20,000 nt of DNA, from NCBI GenBank assembly GCA_046331705.1, contig JAXLQJ010000036.1, positions 60,230-80,229 of the forward strand, given 5' to 3'. Shown here piece after piece: positions 1 through 10,038 of this stretch (its first letter is position 1; every line of letters begins with the position of its first letter). Below the pieces are notes generated by a model. That model did not search any database. It was not told the origin of the DNA and saw only the letters and a list, made by a program, of their open reading frames with translations. A program made the position numbers and the translations under genes. This DNA is from a bacterium. Its GTDB lineage: Bacteria > JADJOY01.

Positions 1-89
1 TGGCGACGCGCTGAGCGTCCCAGCGAGTCGGTGGGCCGAGGCACGACGAGCGCGCGACGCGGGCTACGCTGGCCGCCAAGAGGTCGAAG

Positions 90-677
90 ATGAGCCGAGT
101 CGGACGCGTCGAGCGCAGCACCACGGAGACCCAGGTCAGCGTCACCGTCGACCTGGACGGAACCGGTCGCTACCAGCTCGACACCGGTATCCCGTTCTTC
201 GATCACATGCTGAGCCACATCGCCAAGCAAGGCCTGCTCGACTTGGACGTGAAGGCCACGGGCGATCTCGAGGTCGACTTTCACCACACCGTCGAGGACG
301 TCGGCCTGTCGTTCGGCGAGGCGCTCGCGAAGGCGCTCGGCGACAAGGTGGGGATTCGTCGCTATGGCTCGGCGTCGCTTCCCATGGAGGAGACGCTCGC
401 CGACGTCGCCGTGGACCTGAGCGGGCGCGCGTACTTCGTGTATCGCGTGGAGCTCGCGCAGGAGAAGGTCGGCACCTTCGACCTCTCGCTGGCGAAGGAG
501 TTCCTGCGTTCGTTCGCGAACCGGTGCGGCATGAATCTGCACGTGACGGTGCGCTACGGGCAGGACGCCCACCACGTCCTCGAAGCGATCTTCAAGGGCT
601 TCGGCCTCGCGCTGCGCGACGCCGTGGCGGTGGATCCGCGCCGTCGCGACGTGCCCAGCACCAAGGGTGTTCTGTGA
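90..677 (+). CDS. hisB: Imidazoleglycerol-phosphate dehydratase (monofunctional)
   Basis: 195 aa; motifs TGIPFFDHML, DFHHTVEDVG, HHVLEAIFKGFG, C-terminal PSTKGVL; no phosphatase domain. Confidence 0.98.
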   Translation: MSRVGRVERSTTETQVSVTVDLDGTGRYQLDTGIPFFDHMLSHIAKQGLLDLDVKATGDLEVDFHHTVEDVGLSFGEALAKALGDKVGIRRYGSASLPMEETLADVAVDLSGRAYFVYRVELAQEKVGTFDLSLAKEFLRSFANRCGMNLHVTVRYGQDAHHVLEAIFKGFGLALRDAVAVDPRRRDVPSTKGVL

Positions 678-720
678 TGGCCCGCGGTCCCGAAGCTCGG
701 CGCTGAGGGCGCATCCCGAA

Positions 721-745
721 GCAACCGAGCCGCATGCTCGGTTGC
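721..745. repeat. Perfect 10-bp inverted repeat in hisB-hisH spacer
   Basis: GCAACCGAGC-cgcat-GCTCGGTTGC. Confidence 0.75.
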
Positions 746-812
746 GGCAACGATTGCCCGACGGGCCGCAGCCGAGCGAGCCGAATCCACCCGATCCCCG
801 CATCCCCGCCTC

Positions 813-1466
813 ATGACCAGCGCGACAAAACCCATCGTCGTCGTCGACTACGGCAGCGGCAATCTGCGCAGCGTCGCCAAGGCCGTCGAGCGCGCGGGCG
901 GGGTGGTGGAGGTGAGCGCCGATCCCGCGGCGCTCGCGCGCGCCGGCGGAGTCGTGCTGCCGGGCGTCGGCGCCTTCCGCGCGGCGATGGAGAATCTCAC
1001 GCGCGGCGGCTGGATCGAACCACTGCTCCAGCACCTCGCGAGCGACCGGCCTTTTCTCGGGATCTGTCTCGGCCTCCAGTTGCTGTTCGAGTCGAGCGAG
1101 GAGTTCGGCACCACTCGCGGGCTCGGCCTGTGCCGCGGTCGCGTGCGCGCCTTCCCGCTTCCCGCTGCGGACGGGACGGGCGGCGAGCGCGCCAAGGTTC
1201 CGCACATGGGCTGGAACCAGCTCCGCGCCGCGCATCCGAGCCTCGTGAGCGAGGCGGTCGGCGACGACGCGTGGGCGTACTTCGTCCACTCGTACTACGT
1301 CGACTGCGACGAGCCGGAGCTGATCGCGACGACCACCCAGCACGGCAACGTCACGTTCACCTCGTCGATCGCCCGCGGTCGGCTCGTGGCGTGCCAGTTT
1401 CACCCCGAGAAGAGCCAGGCCATCGGGCTCGAGTTGCTGTCGCACTTCGTGAGGCTCTGCCGATGA
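813..1466 (+). CDS. hisH: Imidazole glycerol phosphate synthase, glutamine amidotransferase subunit
   Basis: [24 protein letters not shown] (catalytic Cys), [21 protein letters not shown]. Confidence 0.98.
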   Translation: MTSATKPIVVVDYGSGNLRSVAKAVERAGGVVEVSADPAALARAGGVVLPGVGAFRAAMENLTRGGWIEPLLQHLASDRPFLGICLGLQLLFESSEEFGTTRGLGLCRGRVRAFPLPAADGTGGERAKVPHMGWNQLRAAHPSLVSEAVGDDAWAYFVHSYYVDCDEPELIATTTQHGNVTFTSSIARGRLVACQFHPEKSQAIGLELLSHFVRLCR

Positions 1467-2214
1467 GCCTCACCCTGATTCCCGCGATCGACTTGCGCGG
1501 CGGCCGATGCGTGCGCTTGCTGCGCGGCGATCCCAACGCCGAGACGGTGTACTTTCAGGATCCGGTCGAGCCGGCGCGGCGCTTCGAGGCCCGCGGCGCG
1601 AGCTGGCTGCACGTCGTCGATCTGGACGGCGCCTTCGAGGGCGGCGAGCGCAACGGCGCCGCGATCCGCGCGATTCGATCGGCCACCACCATGCGCCTCG
1701 AGATCGGTGGCGGGCTGCGCACGCGCGACGCCGTCGCGCGAGCGCTCGACCTCGGAGCGGAGCGCGCCATCATCGGCACCGCGGCCATCGAGAATCCGGC
1801 CTTTCTGGACGAAGCGTGCCGCGAGTGGCCGGGACGGATCTGGGTGGGCATCGACGCACGCCAGGGCAAGGTCGCCGTCCGGGGCTGGGTCGAGCAGACC
1901 AGCGTCGATGCTCGCGCCCTCGCGGAGCGCGTCGCGCGCGCCGGCGCCGCGGGCATCGTCTACACCGACATCGCCCGCGACGGCGCGCTGAGCGGACCCA
2001 ACGCCGAGGAGACCGCGCGCGTCGCCCGGGACCTGGGGATCCCGGTGATCGCCTCGGGCGGAGTGCACCGGCTCGAGGATCTCGCGTCGCTCAAGCCGCT
2101 CGAGGCCGACGGCGTGATCGGCGTCATCAGCGGCCGGGCGCTCTACGAAGGCACCCTGGACCTCGACGCGGCGATCCGGTACCTGGCCGACGGCGAGTTG
2201 CGCGGAGTCGAGCG

Positions 2215-2218
<4 letters not shown>
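1463..2218 (+). CDS. hisA: ProFAR isomerase
   Basis: Start at ATGA overlap with hisH stop; [47 protein letters not shown]. Confidence 0.97.
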
Positions 2219-3030
<812 letters not shown>

Positions 3031-3044
3031 CGAGGACCAGCGAC

Positions 3045-3434
3045 ATGTCAATCGTGGATCGCGTGAAATTCGACGACCGGGGCCTGGCCGTGGCGCTGGC
3101 CCAGGACGCGGCCAACGGCGAGCTGCTGATGGTCGCCTTCATGAATCGCGAGGCGCTCGAACGCACGCTCGAGACGGGACTCGTCCACTACTACAGTCGT
3201 TCGCGCAACAAGCTGTGGCGCAAGGGCGAGGAATCCGGTCACGTTCAGCGCGTCAAGGAGATCCGGATCGACTGCGACGGCGACGCCATCCTGGTGACGA
3301 TCGATCAGGCCGGCGTGGCGTGCCACGAGGGCTATCGCTCGTGCTTCTTCCGTCGCTGGGACGGGAAGGAGTGGGTGACCGATCGCGAGCGCGGTGTCGA
3401 TCCCGCTGCGGTGTACGGGAAAAAGCCCGGGTGA
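3045..3434 (+). CDS. hisI: Phosphoribosyl-AMP cyclohydrolase (no fused HisE domain)
   Basis: YYSRSRNKLWRKGEESGH, DCDGDA, ACHEGYRSCF; ATG 3045 has GAGGA upstream (alternative GTG at 3027). Confidence 0.96.
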   Translation: MSIVDRVKFDDRGLAVALAQDAANGELLMVAFMNREALERTLETGLVHYYSRSRNKLWRKGEESGHVQRVKEIRIDCDGDAILVTIDQAGVACHEGYRSCFFRRWDGKEWVTDRERGVDPAAVYGKKPG

Positions 3435-3461
3435 AAGGGTTTTCCCGGCCGTCCCGGCTGG

Positions 3462-3489
3462 TTGCCAGTGACGTTTCCACTGCTATATT
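3462..3489 (+). promoter_or_regulatory. Putative sigma70 promoter for rpsU-dnaG-rpoD
   Basis: TTGCCA (3462-3467), 16 nt, TATATT (3484-3489) with extended -10 TG; AT-rich patch in a GC-rich background. Confidence 0.65.
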
Positions 3490-3648
3490 GCGCGGTTAAC
3501 CGTAGCTCGGGCGGCAGCAGGCCGGGATCCGCTCAGGCAGCCGAGGTCGAGCGTACGCGTCGGGTCATGTGTGGTGTCGTGCTTCTGAAGCAATTCCCCT
3601 AGCCCAAGCTGGCGCGCGTCGAAGCGCGCGTTTCGAGGAGATGGTCGG

Positions 3649-3849
3649 ATGCCCGGAGTGAAAGTTCGCGAAGGTGAGCCCTTCGAGGCGGCGCTCAAGC
3701 GCTTCAAGAAGCAGTGCGAGAAGGCGGGCATCCTGTCCGAGCTCAAGAAGCGCGAGCATTTCGAGAAGCCCAGCGTGCGTCGCAAGAAGAAGGCGATCGC
3801 CGCGCGCAAGCGCGCGCTCAAGAAGCTCAAGAAGGAAGGCCTTCTCTGA
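3649..3849 (+). CDS. rpsU: 30S ribosomal protein S21
   Basis: 66 aa, [42 protein letters not shown]. Confidence 0.98.
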   Translation: MPGVKVREGEPFEAALKRFKKQCEKAGILSELKKREHFEKPSVRRKKKAIAARKRALKKLKKEGLL

Positions 3850-4056
3850 TCCGCCACGCATGACGATCGGGCCCACGGACTCGGTTCGAGCTACCGGGTG
3901 CGGCTTCAGCGCACCAATCCAGGAGAGCCGCGGGTCGCCCTCACGCAGCGCGTCATTGCGAACGCGCGGCCGAGCCTTCAGTTGCTGTCCCTACGCCGAC
4001 CGGGTGGCTCCACCGATCCACCCGCTGCGGCTTCGACATTCGTCGCCGATCGCTCC

Positions 4057-4092
4057 CTCGACCCGCCTCCGACCAGGCGGGTCGAGCTTTCT
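4057..4092 (+). terminator. Probable intrinsic terminator between rpsU and dnaG
   Basis: Perfect 12-bp stem CTCGACCCGCCT/AGGCGGGTCGAG, 6-nt loop, followed by CTTTCT (short U tract). Confidence 0.6.
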
Positions 4093-4215
4093 CCGGCCAA
4101 CGCCCGACGCGTCGGCCTCGCCACGGCGCGTGGCATCCGCGCCCGAGACGCAGCCGCCCGCCAGGTGCGCGCGTCTCGCTCGAGGCTGGGGACACGCCGC
4201 CGTCCCCGGGCACGC

Positions 4216-5988
4216 ATGACGTTCGACCCGGTCGTGGAGGAAGTGCGCGCGCGGGTGAATCTCGTCGAGCTGATCTCCGGCCACACCAACCTCAAGCAGG
4301 CGGGGCGCACGTTCAAGGGCCTCTGCCCATTCCACAAGGAACGGAGCCCCTCGTTCACCGTCGACCCCGCGAAGGGCTTCTACCACTGCTTCGGCTGCGG
4401 CGCCGGTGGCGACGCGTTCAAGTTCGTGATGGAGATCCACGGGCTCGCGTTCCCGGAGGCGCTCGAGATGCTCGCTCGCCGCGTGGGCGTCGAGATCCCC
4501 GATCGCCGTGGCTCCGGTCCGCGCGATCGCAGCCGTCGCCGGGTGCTGCTGGAGGTGACGCGCGCCGCAGCGCTCTTCTTCCGCAAGGCGCTCAAGGAGG
4601 ACGCTGGCGCGGAGCGCGCACGCAGCTACGTCGAGGGACGAGGCTTCTCGCTGAGCGAGGCGCTCGCGTTCGGCCTCGGCTACGCGCCCAACGACTGGGA
4701 GTCGCTGGCCCGACACCTCTCGCGCGAGGGCGCCGATCTGGACGCCGCACGCGCCACGGGGCTGATCGGCGAGCGCACCCGTGGCGGCGGTCACTACGAC
4801 CGGTTCCGCGACCGCCTGATGTTCACGATCCTCGATGCCGAGGGTGCGCCGATCGGCTTCGGCGCGCGCGCGCTCGGCGACGTCGATGGCCCCAAGTACA
4901 TCAACTCCTCGGACTCGGAGATCTTCCACAAGGGGCGCGGCCTCTATGGTCTGTCGTGGGCGCTCAAGAGCATCCGCGAACAGGGACGCGCGGTGGTGGT
5001 GGAAGGCTACTTCGACGTGCTGAGCCTCCATCAGCACGGATTCTCGCAGGCCGTCGCGACGCTCGGCACGGCGCTCACTCCCGACCACGCCTATCAGCTC
5101 AAGCGCTACGCCTCGGAGGTGATCTTGTTGTTCGACGGCGACGAAGCGGGTCGCAAGGCGGCCTGGCGCGCCCTACCCCACTTCCTCGCTGCCGACGTCC
5201 GGCCGCGCGCGGCGTTCCTGCCCTCGGGCGAGGATCCGGATACGCTGGTGCAAAAGGGTGGGACCGAGGCACTCACGACACTTCTGGACTCCGCGCCGCC
5301 GTTGCTCGAGCACGTGATCGTATCGAAGGCTCGCGGTGCCGGCGCGGACCCGCGCGCGCGAGGCCAAGCGATGCGAGACGTAGCACCGCTGCTCGCGGCC
5401 CTGCCCGATCCAATCGAGCGGGATGCCTCGATCGAGCTCGCCGCGCGGACGTTCCACGTCGGCGAGGACGCGGTCCGCAAGCTGCTCGAGCAACGCTCCG
5501 AGCCGAGCCGCGTGACCGCCGAGATCGCGACGGTGCCCACCGCCGCGGCCCCGCCTCCGCCGCCCGCCGAGGCGACCTTGGTGCGGGCGCTCGCGGACGA
5601 GCCGGGGCTCGCGGAGCTCTTGGTGGGCACCGAGATCGATCGCAGCATGCGCTCGGACGCCGCCGCACGCTTCGTGCGGAACGCCGCCTCCGAGCCCGCC
5701 GCCAGCGCGAGCCGCTGGCTCGCGGGCATCGAGGATCCGGCGCTGGTCCAGCTCGTCACGGCGGGCAGCGTGGTCGGCACCGACGCGGCCGATCGCGGGC
5801 CGCGTATCGTCACGGACTGCATTCGGCGCATCCAGCGGGATCGATTGCGCGACGAGATCGACGCGCTGAATCGCGAGATCTCGCAGCGCGAATCGCGCGG
5901 CGAGCTCAGCGAGCTCGAACGGTTGCAGCAGCTCAAGATCGAGAAGAACCGGCGCATCCTGGCGTTGGGGTCGGCACGAGCGGGATGA
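4216..5988 (+). CDS. dnaG: DNA primase
   Basis: CHC2 zinc finger [11 protein letters not shown]...[48 protein letters not shown] 4216 lies just before the zinc-binding domain. Confidence 0.97.
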   Translation: MTFDPVVEEVRARVNLVELISGHTNLKQAGRTFKGLCPFHKERSPSFTVDPAKGFYHCFGCGAGGDAFKFVMEIHGLAFPEALEMLARRVGVEIPDRRGSGPRDRSRRRVLLEVTRAAALFFRKALKEDAGAERARSYVEGRGFSLSEALAFGLGYAPNDWESLARHLSREGADLDAARATGLIGERTRGGGHYDRFRDRLMFTILDAEGAPIGFGARALGDVDGPKYINSSDSEIFHKGRGLYGLSWALKSIREQGRAVVVEGYFDVLSLHQHGFSQAVATLGTALTPDHAYQLKRYASEVILLFDGDEAGRKAAWRALPHFLAADVRPRAAFLPSGEDPDTLVQKGGTEALTTLLDSAPPLLEHVIVSKARGAGADPRARGQAMRDVAPLLAALPDPIERDASIELAARTFHVGEDAVRKLLEQRSEPSRVTAEIATVPTAAAPPPPPAEATLVRALADEPGLAELLVGTEIDRSMRSDAAARFVRNAASEPAASASRWLAGIEDPALVQLVTAGSVVGTDAADRGPRIVTDCIRRIQRDRLRDEIDALNREISQRESRGELSELERLQQLKIEKNRRILALGSARAG

Positions 5989-6049
5989 AGGGCTTCGGGG
6001 TGGGACGGAACGAGCTCGCGCGATCGGGCTCACGCGTACGAGGGGATCG

Positions 6050-7825
6050 ATGACGGCAGGCAGCCAGCTCAACGACGTCAAGAAGAAGTTGATCGAGATG
6101 GGCCGCGAGAAGGGCTATCTCACGTACGACGAGGTGAACGACATCCTCCCCTCCGACGTCGTCTCGAGCGAGCAGCTCGACGACGTGATGTCGATGTTCG
6201 GCGAGATGGACATCGACGTCGTCGACCACCCGGTCCCGGAAGCGGCCGCGCGCCGCAAGGAAGACCTCCCCTACCAGGAAGAGGAGGAAGAGGAGGTCGA
6301 CGACGACCTGGGCCGCACCAACGACCCGGTGCGCATGTACCTGCGCGAGATGGGCACGGTGAGCCTGCTGACGCGCGAAGGCGAGGTCGAGATCGCGAAG
6401 CGCATCGAGCGCGGGCTGATCGAGGTCCGCCAGTCGGCGCTCGGCTCACCGATCGCCATGAAGCACATGCTCGACCTGCGCGAACGGCTCATCCGCGGCG
6501 AGATCACGACGCGCGAGATCGTCGACGACGACGACGACGACGGTCCCGACGAAGAGGAAACCGAGGAGCGTCGCGCCGAGCTCGACAGCGGCCTGCGCGA
6601 CGAGCTCATCCAGGACCTGACGAAGCTGCGCCGGCTCATCCTGGACTTGCGCAAGACCGAGCAGGACGCGCGCAAGGCCGGCAGCACGGCGGCGGATCGC
6701 AAGAAGGCCCGCGAGAAGATCGCGCAGAAGCACCAGCGCGTCCTCGAGGCGATCCAGGACCTCGCCTTCTCCAACAAACAGATCGACGCGATCGTCGAGC
6801 GCATCAAGAGTTTGGTGCAGACCATCGAGCGCAACGAGTCCGAGCTGGCCCGGGCCGAGGCGCGCACCCGGCTCAACCAAGCGGGACTGCGCAAGGCATT
6901 CGCGGACCTGAAGCGCGGCAAGACCGGCGAGCGGCAGGCCGAGAAGGCCACCGGCCTGCGAGCCGATCAGCTGCGCGACCTCGAGCCGCGCGTCCGCGAG
7001 GCGGTGCGTCAGCTTCGCGAGGCCGAGGCCGAGGCCGAGCTGCCCGCCGCGGAGGTGAAGCGGATCTTCCGCGCCATCCAGAACGGCGAGCTCAAGGCCA
7101 AGATGGCGAAGAGCGAGCTGATCGAGGGGAACCTTCGGCTCGTGGTGAGCATCGCGAAGAAGTACTCGAACCGCGGCCTGCAGTTCCTGGATCTGATCCA
7201 GGAGGGCAACATCGGTCTCATGAAGGCCGTGGACAAGTTCGAGTACCAGCGCGGCTACAAGTTCTCGACCTATGCGACGTGGTGGATTCGGCAGGCGATC
7301 ACCCGCGCCATCGCGGACCAGGCGCGCACCATCCGCATCCCCGTGCACATGATCGAGACCATCAACAAGCTGGTGCGCACGTCGCGCTACCTCGTTCAGG
7401 AGCTCGGCCGCGAGCCGAGCCCGGAGGAGATCGCCGAGCGCATGGAGATCCCCCTCGAGAAGGTGCGCAAGGTGCTCAAGATCGCGAAGGAGCCGATCAG
7501 CCTGGAGACGCCGATCGGCGAGGAGGAAGGCAGCCACCTGGGCGACTTCATCGAGGACAAGGGCGTGGTCTCGCCTTCCGAAGCCGTGGTCGCGATCAAC
7601 CTCTCCGATCAAACGCGCAAGGTTCTCGCGACGCTCACGCCGCGCGAGGAGAAGGTGCTGCGCATGCGGTTCGGTATCGGCGAGAAATCCGAGCACACCC
7701 TCGAGGAGGTCGGCCGTGACTTCGCCGTCACCCGCGAGCGCATACGTCAGATCGAAGCGAAGGCGCTTCGCAAGCTCCGTCACCCCAGCCGTTCGAAGCG
7801 TCTCAAGAGCTTCCTCGAGAATTGA
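6050..7825 (+). CDS. rpoD: RNA polymerase primary sigma factor sigma70
   Basis: Region 1.1 ([14 protein letters not shown]), 1.2 ([11 protein letters not shown]), 2 ([41 protein letters not shown]), 4 ([16 protein letters not shown]). Confidence 0.99.
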   Translation: MTAGSQLNDVKKKLIEMGREKGYLTYDEVNDILPSDVVSSEQLDDVMSMFGEMDIDVVDHPVPEAAARRKEDLPYQEEEEEEVDDDLGRTNDPVRMYLREMGTVSLLTREGEVEIAKRIERGLIEVRQSALGSPIAMKHMLDLRERLIRGEITTREIVDDDDDDGPDEEETEERRAELDSGLRDELIQDLTKLRRLILDLRKTEQDARKAGSTAADRKKAREKIAQKHQRVLEAIQDLAFSNKQIDAIVERIKSLVQTIERNESELARAEARTRLNQAGLRKAFADLKRGKTGERQAEKATGLRADQLRDLEPRVREAVRQLREAEAEAELPAAEVKRIFRAIQNGELKAKMAKSELIEGNLRLVVSIAKKYSNRGLQFLDLIQEGNIGLMKAVDKFEYQRGYKFSTYATWWIRQAITRAIADQARTIRIPVHMIETINKLVRTSRYLVQELGREPSPEEIAERMEIPLEKVRKVLKIAKEPISLETPIGEEEGSHLGDFIEDKGVVSPSEAVVAINLSDQTRKVLATLTPREEKVLRMRFGIGEKSEHTLEEVGRDFAVTRERIRQIEAKALRKLRHPSRSKRLKSFLEN

Positions 7826-7885
7826 CGGACGGCGCGCCGTTGACCCGCAACCCAACGACACCCGGATGGTGCCCGGAACGCATGC

Positions 7886-7959
7886 GGGCCCGTAGCTCAG
7901 TCGGTCAGAGCGGGGGACTCATAATCCCTTGGTCCCAGGTTCGAGTCCTGGCGGGCCTA
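7886..7959 (+). tRNA. tRNA with CAT anticodon, most likely tRNA-Ile2 (lysidine-modified, reads AUA)
   Basis: Cloverleaf: acceptor GGGCCCG/CGGGCCT, D arm TAGCTCAGTCGGTCAGAGC, anticodon loop CTCATAA, T arm CCAGG-TTCGAGT-CCTGG; paired G1 excludes initiator tRNA; sequence and position after rpoD resemble E. coli ileX; CCA not encoded. Confidence 0.93.
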
Positions 7960-8025
7960 CCGGTCGAGGTCGGATCGAACCGATTGGAGCACTGCACGAG
8001 ACCCCGCAGCAACGCACGTGACCAG

Positions 8026-8058
8026 CGAGGTGGAGAGGGCCCAGCACCCTCCACCTCG
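8026..8058 (+). other. Stem-loop downstream of tRNA (processing or termination signal?)
   Basis: CGAGGTGGAG / CTCCACCTCG 10-bp stem, 13-nt loop, no U tract. Confidence 0.45.
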
Positions 8059-8084
8059 AGGCCACGAGGAAAGGCGACACCCAC

Positions 8085-8822
8085 GTGAATCGGATCGAGC
8101 TCTTGATCCGCCTGCAGGACCTCGACCTCGCTCGCGACGAGCTGGTGCGGGAACGCGACGGCTTCCCCGAGAAGATCGCCGCCGCGCGCGCACCGCTCGA
8201 CAGCGCCGAATCCGCCGAGCGCGCGGCGCGCGAGAAGATCCAGATCGCCACCCGAGCGCGCGAGCGACTGGAGAAGGACATCGACTTCGAGCGCAGCAAG
8301 CTCGACGAACGCGAGCGAAAGCTGCGCCAGGTGAAGACCAACGACGAGTTCCAGGCGGGTCAGAAGGAGCTTTCCGAGCACCGCAAGCGGATCGCGGCCA
8401 TGGAGGACGACGTCCTCGTTCACATGGAGACGATCGAGACGCTGCAGCGCGCGATCCAGGCCTCCCAAGCCGCGGCGGGCAGCGTGCGCGCCGACGTCGA
8501 GCGCGTCGAAGGCGTGCTGCGTGCCCGCGCCGCCGAGCTCGAAGCGCGGCTCGCCAGCGCCGACGGCGAGCTGACCGGCGCACGCTCCGCCCTGGACCGC
8601 GCCACCCTCGCCCAGTACGACATGCTGCGCTCGCGGCGTGGCGGCACCGCGGTCGCCGAGATCCAGGGAGGCATCTGCCAGGCGTGTCGAACGCGGATCC
8701 CCGCGCAGATGTACAACGAGCTGCACGCGCCCGACTCCCAACACATCTGCCCCACCTGCAACCGAATCATCTTCGTGCGCCCGACGCCCAAGGCTCCCGT
8801 CGAGGTCGAAGCGACGGGCTGA
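8085..8822 (+). CDS. Coiled-coil protein with C-terminal C4 zinc ribbon (DUF164 / CT398 / HP0958-like)
   Basis: GTG start with GGAAAGG upstream; LIRLQDLD N-terminus, about 190 aa heptad-rich helix, CQAC...CPTCNRII. Confidence 0.92.
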   Translation: MNRIELLIRLQDLDLARDELVRERDGFPEKIAAARAPLDSAESAERAAREKIQIATRARERLEKDIDFERSKLDERERKLRQVKTNDEFQAGQKELSEHRKRIAAMEDDVLVHMETIETLQRAIQASQAAAGSVRADVERVEGVLRARAAELEARLASADGELTGARSALDRATLAQYDMLRSRRGGTAVAEIQGGICQACRTRIPAQMYNELHAPDSQHICPTCNRIIFVRPTPKAPVEVEATG

Positions 8823-8899
8823 GCGCGCCCGCGGCGCGCGATCGCGAGCCGGGGCTCGACAGCGGGCTCTCGATCGGGCAAACCCTCCCTGGAAGCGAC

Positions 8900-9257
8900 G
8901 GGGTGGGCCGGGTGGCCGCGCGCCCCCAGCGGGCGCGAGGAAAGTCCGGACTCCACAGGGCGGGATGGTCGCTAACGGCGACCGAGGGCAACCTTCGGGA
9001 TAGTGCAACAGAAAGCAAACCGCCGTGTTACGCGGCAAGGGTGAAACGGTGAGGTAAGAGCTCACCAGCGATCCGGGCGACCGGATCGGCTCGGCAAACC
9101 CCATCCGGAGCAAGACCGAGCAGGGAGTGGGCGGCCCGTCCGATACTCCCGGGTTGGTCGCACGAGGCGGCCGGCAACGGCCGTCCCAGAGGGATGGTCA
9201 CCGCTCGGGCGCGGGAGACCTCGCACGAGCACAGAATCCGGCTTACACGCCCGCCCC
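8900..9257 (+). ncRNA. rnpB: RNase P RNA, bacterial type A
   Basis: GAGGAAAGTCCGGACTCC, AGTGCAACAGAAAGCAAACCGCC, GGGTGAAACGG, GGCAAACCCC, ACAGAATCCGGCTTAC; P1 GGGGTGGGC/GCCCGCCCC; P13, P14, P18, P19 hairpins visible. Confidence 0.98.
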
Positions 9258-9290
9258 CTCGCTTCCCCTCGCCCGAGCCCGAGCGCCGCG

Positions 9291-9827
9291 TCAACCTCCG
9301 CGCGAATCCTGCGCGAAGTAGAGGGCGGCGATCACCAGCGCGTGCTGGATCACGCCTGTGCGGACCCAGCGCCGGACCTCGTCGAGAGGCACGAAGGCGA
9401 TCGAGTCGATCTCGTCCGGATCGAAATCCGCGACGCGACGAAGGCCGCGCGCCACGAACGTGGTGCAGCGATTTCCCTGGATCGCCGGGTTCGGCTCCAC
9501 CACCCCCACCTCCACCCACTCGGCCGCCTCGAACCCGGTCTCCTCGCGCAGCTCGCGCCGTGCGGCGTCCAGCGGCGTCTCGCCGAGATCGATCGCGCCG
9601 CCGGGGATCTCGTGAGTCATGGCGCGCGTCCCGAAGCGGAACTGCGTCACCAGCAACACCCGATCGCGCTCGTCGAACGCCACCACGTTCACCCAGTTCG
9701 CGATCTCGATGAGGAACGCGAGCTTCTCCGCGCCTTGCGCGGGGTCGACGAACCGGTCACAGCGCAAGCTCAGGAAGGGATGATCGAAGATTCGTTCGCT
9801 TCGCTGCGGCTCGCGTGGCTGACCCAT
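9291..9827 (-). CDS. Nudix hydrolase (ADP-ribose pyrophosphatase-like)
   Basis: Nudix box GAIDLGETPLDAARRELREETG, QFRFG...EIPGG, EPNPAIQ; ATG 9827 has GAGGAG RBS. Confidence 0.9.
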   Translation of the reverse strand: MGQPREPQRSERIFDHPFLSLRCDRFVDPAQGAEKLAFLIEIANWVNVVAFDERDRVLLVTQFRFGTRAMTHEIPGGAIDLGETPLDAARRELREETGFEAAEWVEVGVVEPNPAIQGNRCTTFVARGLRRVADFDPDEIDSIAFVPLDEVRRWVRTGVIQHALVIAALYFAQDSRGG

Positions 9828-10038
9828 GGTCTCCTCGACTCGGTCGCGTTCGAGGCGCGGATCACGCGCTCCCGCGCGTACCGGCGTCCCGTTCGGCGCA
9901 TCGTCGTGCGGCGGATCCGCGACGAACCCGAGAGAGCGTAGCCGAAGGGCGACGAGCTGGCCGTCCGGCAGCCGGCGCGCGAGCCGGAGCTCGGCGAGAT
10001 CCGAGATCCGCCTTCGAGCCCGCGAGGCCACTGCGCGC

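Noticed and set aside
1..93. Possible end of an upstream his gene (frame ending ...ATR* at 14, or a frame whose stop overlaps the hisB ATG)
   Set aside because: Too little sequence to identify either frame
734..1462. Long N-terminal extension of the HisA ORF (494 aa) suggesting a fusion
   Set aside because: Overlaps hisH in another frame, Arg-rich shadow translation; true start is the ATGA overlap at 1463
1507..2214. N-terminal extension of the HisF ORF
   Set aside because: Shadow frame over hisA; the HisF motif begins at GTG 2215
3898..4215. 106-aa N-terminal extension of DnaG
   Set aside because: No primase-like features; runs through hairpins; conserved domain starts right after ATG 4216
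3860..4219. 119-codon ORF in the rpsU-dnaG spacer ending in an ATGA overlap with dnaG
   Set aside because: Pro/Arg/Ser-rich, no YqeY-like pattern, no RBS and crosses a terminator-like stem; not excluded but unsupported
6524..6541. (GAC)n trinucleotide run
   Set aside because: Encodes the ordinary acidic patch of sigma70, not a contingency repeat
7905..9113. 402-aa minus-strand ORF and other ORFs over tRNA/rnpB
   Set aside because: Antisense to the zinc-ribbon gene and RNase P RNA; typical spurious ORFs
9828..10031. 68-aa in-frame extension of the Nudix protein
   Set aside because: Begins right after the upstream terminator with no RBS; ATG 9827 has a strong GAGGAG
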